From contig JAWQFM010000023.1 in the NCBI GenBank assembly GCA_033442325.1, positions 213,809 to 229,948 on the forward strand: a DNA stretch of 16,140 bases, in the 5' to 3' direction. The stretch is from Salpingoeca rosetta. Its lineage: Eukaryota; Protista; Choanoflagellata. Positions 1 to 16,140 of this stretch are shown piece by piece; position 1 is the first letter of the stretch, and the number at the start of each line of letters is the position of its first letter. The notes under the pieces were generated by a model that was not told the DNA's origin, did no database searches, and was given only the letters and a program-made list of their open reading frames with translations. The translations under genes and the position numbers were made by a program.

Positions 1-29
1 CCACCAACTTAATTACCATCAACTTAAGC

Positions 30-260
30 CACCAACCACAACAACATGACAACAACAACACCAACAACTAAACAACAACAACAACTTAAACAACAACAAG
101 AACCAACAACTCCGTAAATAAAACAACAACAACACCTTCATCAACAACAACTTATACAAAAACAACACCAACAACAACAACAACAACAACAACAACTTAA
201 ACAACAACAACAACAATTTAAACAACAACAAGAGCAACTTAAACAACAACTTAAACAACC
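30..260. repeat. Degenerate (AAC)n low-complexity tract with a recurring AACTTAAACAAC motif
   Basis: Read directly. The sequence is nearly G-free and is probably intronic or 3' of the last visible exon. Confidence 0.75.
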
Positions 261-315
261 GACAGCAACAGCAATAAGCACCGGCCTCTCAGCCACCACC
301 CCACATCCGCCGGAC

Positions 316-10525
<10,210 letters not shown>

Positions 10526-10719
10526 GGCTGACCCTTTCTTCCGCTCAAGCAAAGTAAAGCAAAACAAAGCAAGCTCGTCGTCCCCTTCCCGTCTCCTTGT
10601 TCATACACACACACACACACAGGCAGCTAGCAACGCACCCACGATGCCGGGGATGCAGCAAGCAAGCTGTGTTGGGCTTTGTGAGTTGCTTTGGCTGGTT
10701 GGATGGGCTCTGTTGTGGT

Positions 10720-10945
10720 TTGTTGTTTTCAAATCGTGGGCGGTTGAGGAGCAGTGCAACGGTCGCAGCGGCACCAGCACCACTTTGTCATGTCGTGAAC
10801 GAACGGCGGATTTCCGGCTGATTCGCTTCGCACGAGCTTCAAGCATACCTCTTACTTTTGCTTAAAATTCCGCTGACGTCAGCACCACCCAACCAAATTT
10901 GCACTTTCGCGAATCTGACCAATCAGGTGGGACGTTTGGCGACCA
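10720..10945. promoter_or_regulatory. Probable bidirectional promoter core between the divergent genes
   Basis: This is a microsatellite-free stretch between head-to-head starts. It contains the perfect palindrome GCTGACGTCAGC (CRE core, 10872-10883), gaCCAATca (CCAAT at 10919-10923), TTTCGCG (10905) and TTTGGCG (10935). Function is inferred from motifs only. Confidence 0.55.
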
Positions 10946-11325
10946 TTCTTGTGCTGTGACGCGAGAATTGGGCGATTCTACGAAGACATCAAACAATCCT
11001 CCAAGGGGAAAACAATCTCCAACAATAAAAAAAAACGCTTGCCCACACAACACCGTGCCATCCCCTTTGTTTTGTGGCAGCACGCCAACCAACACCAAAC
11101 ACCAGCCACTGCATTCACTCGCTCGTGTTGTGTGGAGACTGCGCCGCGCGGACGCGCCCTGCTCATCTTTGACTTGCTGTGTGCTGCTTCACCCTTGTTC
11201 CCTGTTGTGTTGGCGACCAGCCCGGACGCCTGCACTCCATCGCCTCACCCTCTGTGTACAGTCAATAATTGAAATCTCTCCGCGTTCTGTTCTTGATCCT
11301 TCCCTGCCTGTCTTCGTCCTCTCGC

Positions 11326-11635
11326 GTAAGTCCGCTGTTGCATGGCTGTGCTGTGTGTCTCTGTCTGTGTCTGTGTCTGTGTGTGTGTGAGTGTGAGTGT
11401 GTGTGTGTGTGTGGTGTTCATGTGCGGCGTACGCGCTGTAACACAAGTGCGCGCAACTGCAGCGCCTGCTCCTCCTTGTGCTGCTTTGTGGCGTTCGTCA
11501 TAACAAGCTTGTGCACCCGCACTTATTTAGCTGCTTGCGTGTTTGTGTGTTTGTCTGCTGCATCGTTGCTTATTTGCACGCCCCTGTTCCCTCGTCCATG
11601 CACACACACACGCCATCACCATCACTTGTGCACAG
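11326..11635 (+). other. Probable 5'UTR intron of the LamG gene (acceptor uncertain: 11635, 11685 or 11779)
   Basis: A consensus donor GTAAGT at 11326 is followed by TG-rich sequence like the introns of the neighbouring gene, and CACAG acceptors lie downstream. I saw no plus-strand ATG in about 10900-11325. Confidence 0.5.
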
Positions 11636-11795
11636 AGACAGAATCGCTGTTTTGTCCATTGGACTCCCTCTGCTTCGTGACACAGCGCAAGCGGCCGCCA
11701 AGCACCACGTTTCTCCCTGACAACTCACCTCCTTGCTTGCTTGCAACCACAACACAACACCACACAACACAACACACAGCACACAACAACACGCC

Positions 11796-12042
11796 ATGAG
11801 GTGGCGTCAACCCTTGCACGACGACGTGCGTGCACGCGCCACCTCCACATCACCCTTGTTGTCTCCGACACAACGATCAGAAAGCCCCAGCGCATCATCA
11901 ATCACACACCATCACCACCACATACAACACTGCAACAACACCACCACGAATGCTGTCTGCAGCGAAGCCCAAGAGTGGCTCGCACCGCCAGCACTCACCA
12001 AGCAGGCACAACTACACCAACAACGAAACCCACAAACACGCC

Positions 12043-12102
<60 letters not shown>

Positions 12103-15100
12103 CATGCACATGTTGTGCACGTCAACAACAAAGACAACAACAGTCACAGACAGCTGCAGCGTCAGCCGCACCAACGCAGCGCAGGCAACAACACCACAAC
12201 ACACAACCTCGGCAAAGACAACAGCCCTCCGCAAGGCGCTTCGCAATGGCACACCTGTTACCCGCTGCCTTCTTCGCGTTGCTGCTTGCCCTCGCCACGT
12301 GCACCAGCCCAGCTGCAGGCCAACAACACCAGCAGCACTCGCTGCTTCCGGATCCGGCCCTGCGCTGGGACTTTGACGATGACGCCCAAGGCACCATCGC
12401 CCCAGGCAACACCGCCTACGCCTTCTCCACAGGCGACCTGGCGCTGCACGGCATGCTCGCTGGCGGCGCAACACGCACCCCGGCCAGCTGGCAGGCCTCC
12501 GACACGACGCAGGAGAGGCCAGGAGCCGTGCTCACCATCAACAACACTGCGGGCAGTGCCGGCGTGTACGTGCCCGTCCCCGAAAGCGCTACACCGGCGT
12601 TCCTCGACACCACAGACTCGCGGTTTTGTTGGGTCAGGATGCTCACTGGCGATGACGATGGCATGCAACAACAACAGCAGCAGCCGCTGCTCGTGCTGGC
12701 CAATGTCGAGAGCCAGGAGAGCGCTGCACTCGTGGCACTGGACGGCGTCCTCGCGTACGTCCACACAGACGGCTTTGGTGCCCAGTCCACCATTGTCGCC
12801 GACACGGCCCACGCAGACCTTCGCAATGGCCTGTGGCACCACGTCGGCGTCACCCGCACCAGCACAGGCGCCATCACCCTGTTTGTCGACGGATCCCCTG
12901 TTGGAAGCGACACGCTGGACGCCACGGCCGCTGCCAGCCCCGTCGCGGTGCAGGCCATCTCGCTTGCCTACGAGGTCAACGCCATCGCCGCGACCAGCAC
13001 ATCCACCGCAACGCAGTTGGATGACGTGCGCGTGTACAACACCACCCTCACCGCGGCCCAGGTCGACGCCCTGTACACGGGTACCAGCTTTGTTCCCGCC
13101 AACTCGGGCGACCCGGCTGCTGCTGCGGCGGCGCTTGTTGCTGCGTTTCCCGCGCCGCCACCAACCACCGCCAATGGCCGCGTCATTGGCGCGTGGACCT
13201 TCAACGAAGACCCCTCCACCACCAACACGGCCTACGACGGCAGCCTGTACGGCCACCACCTCCTCCTGCCGCCCACAGCGCAGCTTGCCGCCACCAGCCC
13301 CAGCGTGTCGGCAAGCAACCCGGGCTCCCTGCGGCTGTTTGGTACTGCCGGCGTTCGCACGTGGTCGTCCCCGTTTCTGCCGTACGTCAACCTCACCCGC
13401 CCGGAGACACGCCGCCTCTGGTTTCGCCCCGCAAACATCGAGAGCCTGCAGGCACTCGTCTCCTACGTGGGCAGCAACGGCGACCACTCCACGCTGTACA
13501 TCTACTCGCAGCGCTTCTACTACTTTGCGCGGGTGAACGGCGTGGAGGACCGCGTCATCACCAGCCGCGTGCTCACCGCAGCCAACACGTGGTACTACGT
13601 CGTGCTCTCCCGCGACGTGGACGACAGCGGCGCGTGGGAGCTCTCCATCACCCTCAACGCGGTGGAGGTGGCCCGCCAGCCGCTGTCTGCCGTGCCAACC
13701 TCGCTCGACTCCATCCACATTGGCGCCATCAACAACGACCAGGTCTTCCAGGGCCACATTGACGATATCACGCTGCTCGCATCCTACGTCAACCCGGGCC
13801 AGCCGGGCGCCACCACATCAACGGCAACAGCAGCACCCACAACAACAACCACCACCACAACCGCAGCCCTGGATGGCTCCGGCTCGGGCTCATTCACGCC
13901 CCTGACCACGGCGTCGCCAACCTCAGCAGACCCAACAACCACCGCCACAGCAGCCACGACAACGCCAACAGCCACGACGACGACAACAACAACGACAGCA
14001 CCGGCGACACCGCAGTCGTCCACCGCTGATGTGTCTCGCCCGTCCATTCGCTTTGACTTTGAGGGCGAGGACGAACAGCAGCAACAGCTTGCAGGCGACA
14101 GCAGCGCATCTGGGGCAACGGTGTTTTCGTGGGGCACGGGCACGCGTGCGCTGCACGGTGTTCGCTCGACCACGGCCACCTCGCTCAACGCCACCGTCAG
14201 CGTCGCTGGTGATGTCAGCCTCTCCCTCACGGGCGCATCCGGTATGCGTGTGCCGCTCACAGGCTCACACGACGCCACCACCAGCAGCGCGAATGCGTGG
14301 CCCACACCGTATGAGACGCGCTCGCTGTGGGTGCTGCTGCCGCCAGCGGACACGGGCGCTAACCCGTTTATCCACTCGCTTGTTGACTTCTCCCACAGCA
14401 GCACGTTTGACCGCAGCGGGCTTCGCATCTACGAGGGGCGTGTCGAGTTCTCCGAGCGCGAGCAGAGCACCGGTGTCCAGACCACCGTCACCGCGCCGCC
14501 CACGACAGACCTGCGCACCAACACATGGCGCTTTGTTGCCATGACCCGCAACGCCTCTGCGATTGCGCTGTACGTTGACGGCGAGCTCGTCGCTGCTGGC
14601 ACCACTGCCGCCGCTGTCGGTGGTGGTGGCAGTGGTGATGTGGTACCCGTGCCCACGGACACGCTGAGCATCGGCTACCTGGCACACGGGTCGGCCCCGC
14701 TCGCGCTCACGGGCGCTGTGGATGACGTGCGTGTGTACCGCGGCGTGCTCAATGCAACAGACATTCAGCTGTTGCACCAGCAGGGGCTGGCGCGCACGCT
14801 GGCGTCTGCGGCGTTTTCGGTGCCCACTGCACCCTCGCCCTACCCTGCGCTCGCCGCGGTGCTGGCGGCCGGGTGGGCGTTTGAGGAAGGCAGCGGCAAC
14901 GTCGCGTTTGACGCCAGCGGCAGCGGGTACCACGCCCTCCTCGCTGCAGCCAACGCGTGGACGTCCAGCGACCTGGTCACGCGTGCCACCGTGAGCACGA
15001 CCGCTGTTGCTGCTGCTGCGGCAGACGCGGCAGACGCGGCGCTCATCACTGTTGTGCGCGGGGCCGAGGACATTATGGGCGCGGGCGTGGCCAACTACAC

Positions 15101-15917
15101 GCTCGCTGCGTCCTTCCGCACCACGCAGGCGAGCGGTGTTCTGATGCTGGTTGGCGGCGTTGGTGGCGACTTTGATCGCGTCTCGCTCGTCATCATCGAT
15201 GGCGTGCTCGTCCTCTCCCTCACAAATGCACAGAGCAGCGCCTATCTCGGCCAGCACCCGGACGACACCCCAGTCACCGATGGCGCGTGGCACACGGCTG
15301 TGGCCTCCTTTGCCCGCGCTGCCAGCGGGGCGTATGTGGTTGACCTGTACCTTGATGGCGAGCTGCTTGCGTGGCCGTCGTCCCCAACTGTGCTCTCGTT
15401 TCGCCCTGTCGTTGAGGAGCTGTTTATTGGCGGCCGCCCCGACGGCAGCGGCGGCGTGCAGTACGCGTTTGATGGCGCGCTTGATAACGTCGCAGTGTTT
15501 GACACCGCACTCGATGCAGACACCGTGGCTGCCCTCTCTGCCGCCACGACGACAACCACAACCACCACAACCTCAACGACAACCACCACCACAACCTCAA
15601 CAACCTCAACGACAACTACGATGGGTTCGTTCTTTAACGCTTCTGGATCGGGCATGGTGGACCTCTCCTCCACAACCACCCTTGTGTCCACGCCAAGCAC
15701 AGCCACGACAACAACAACAAACACAACTACATCCACAACAACAACCACTACAACAAGCACAAGTACAACCACCACTTCCACTACCACGACGACGACGGCG
15801 ACAACATCAACGACGACGACGACAAGAACCACCACCACCACGACAGCTGCCCCCACGACGACAAGCACATCCACGCTTGCATCCGGGAGTGGTGAAGCAA
15901 GTGGAAGTACCACTACC

Positions 15918-15951
<34 letters not shown>

Positions 15952-16061
15952 CCACGACCACTACCACAACAACCTCTACCACTACCACGACAACAACAAG
16001 CACGACAAGCACGTCCACGCTTGCATCTGGGAGTGGTGAAGGAAGTGGAAGTACCACAACT

Positions 16062-16104
<43 letters not shown>

Positions 16105-16140
16105 CCACGACCACAACCATCACCACCACGACCACAACAA
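11796..16140 (+). CDS. Large secreted or cell-surface protein with 4 LamG/ConA-like domains and Thr-rich mucin-like tracts (3'-incomplete; alternative start 12246)
   Basis: The frame with codons starting at multiples of 3 is open from 11721 to the window end, so the ORF track omitted it for lack of a stop. The first ATG is at 11796 (gccATGA). A second in-frame ATG at 12246 begins MAHLLPAAFFALLLALATCTSPAAG|QQ, which is signal-peptide-like. LamG motifs include DLRNGLWHHVGVTRTSTGAITLFVDG...LDDVRVYNTTLTAAQVDALY; FQGHIDDITL; TWRFVAMTRNASAIALYVDGE...VDDVRVYRGVLNATDIQLLH; and VTDGAWHTAV...LYLDGE...LFIGG...FDGALDNVAVFDTALDADTVAAL. Confidence 0.92.
12042..12101 (+). repeat. (CAA)n repeat, about 20 units; polyQ if translation starts at 11796
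   Basis: Read directly; in frame with the LamG ORF. Confidence 0.9.
12351..13080 (+). other. LamG/ConA-like domain 1
   Basis: LRWDFDD ... WHHVGVTR ... TLFVDG ... LDDVRVYN..LTAAQVDALY. Confidence 0.85.
13176..13790 (+). other. LamG/ConA-like domain 2
   Basis: GAWTFNEDPSTTNTAYDGSLYGHH ... LWFRP ... NTWYYVVLSR ... IHIGA ... FQGHIDDITL. Confidence 0.8.
14040..14780 (+). other. LamG/ConA-like domain 3
   Basis: IRFDFEG ... DLRTNTWRFVAMTR ... LYVDGEL ... LSIGY ... GAVDDVRVYRGVLNATDIQLLH. Confidence 0.85.
14862..15545 (+). other. LamG/ConA-like domain 4
   Basis: WAFEEGSGNVAFDASGSGYHA ... SFRTTQASGVLM ... DGAWHTAV ... LYLDGE ... LFIGG ... FDGALDNVAVFD. Confidence 0.88.
15546..16140 (+). repeat. 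Coding Thr-rich mucin-like stalk (ACN codon runs) containing a 144-nt tandem duplication
   Basis: In-frame poly-Thr/Ser. The unit TSTSTLASGSGE(A/G)SGST followed by a Thr run starts at 15861 and again at 16005. Confidence 0.85.

Noticed and set aside
11830-13536. 568-aa plus-strand ORF in the ORF track
   Set aside because: It is an off-frame shadow of the real LamG frame, with Pro/Arg/Ser/Thr-rich sequence and no domain motifs.
12258-16135. Long minus-strand ORFs (499, 214, 342 and 297 aa, including poly-Val)
   Set aside because: They are antisense shadows of the GC-rich LamG and poly-Thr coding sequence.

Overview
Eukaryotic genomic DNA, intron-dense and rich in (CA/TG)n and (AAC)n microsatellites. 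The style suggests a choanoflagellate such as Salpingoeca (inference, not proven). Two divergent genes fill the window, and the ORF track recovers neither correctly. (1) Minus strand, 10525 to about 316: a ~30-exon gene I spliced by hand using GT-AG boundaries with consistent phases. It encodes at least ~1240 aa of coiled coil. Joining exons 1 and 2 creates a centrosomin motif 1 (CM1/gamma-TuNA; TLKSQEE|TIDALSKENFDLKMRLQELQDRF), so it looks like a centrosomin/CDK5RAP2/myomegalin/Mto1-type gamma-tubulin-complex receptor. It probably continues past the left edge. (2) Plus strand, 11796 (or 12246) to beyond 16140: one uninterrupted reading frame that runs off the window. It encodes a signal or anchor segment, four LamG/concanavalin-A-like domains in two pairs, and Thr-rich mucin-like tracts punctuated by Ser-Gly (SGSG, EGSG) motifs. 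It is a candidate cell-surface or matrix glycoprotein or proteoglycan. The ~1.3 kb between the genes holds a compact cluster of CRE, CCAAT, E2F-like, CHR-like and Myb-like motifs, plus a likely 5'UTR intron of the plus-strand gene. I found no RNA genes, CRISPR arrays or mobile elements.
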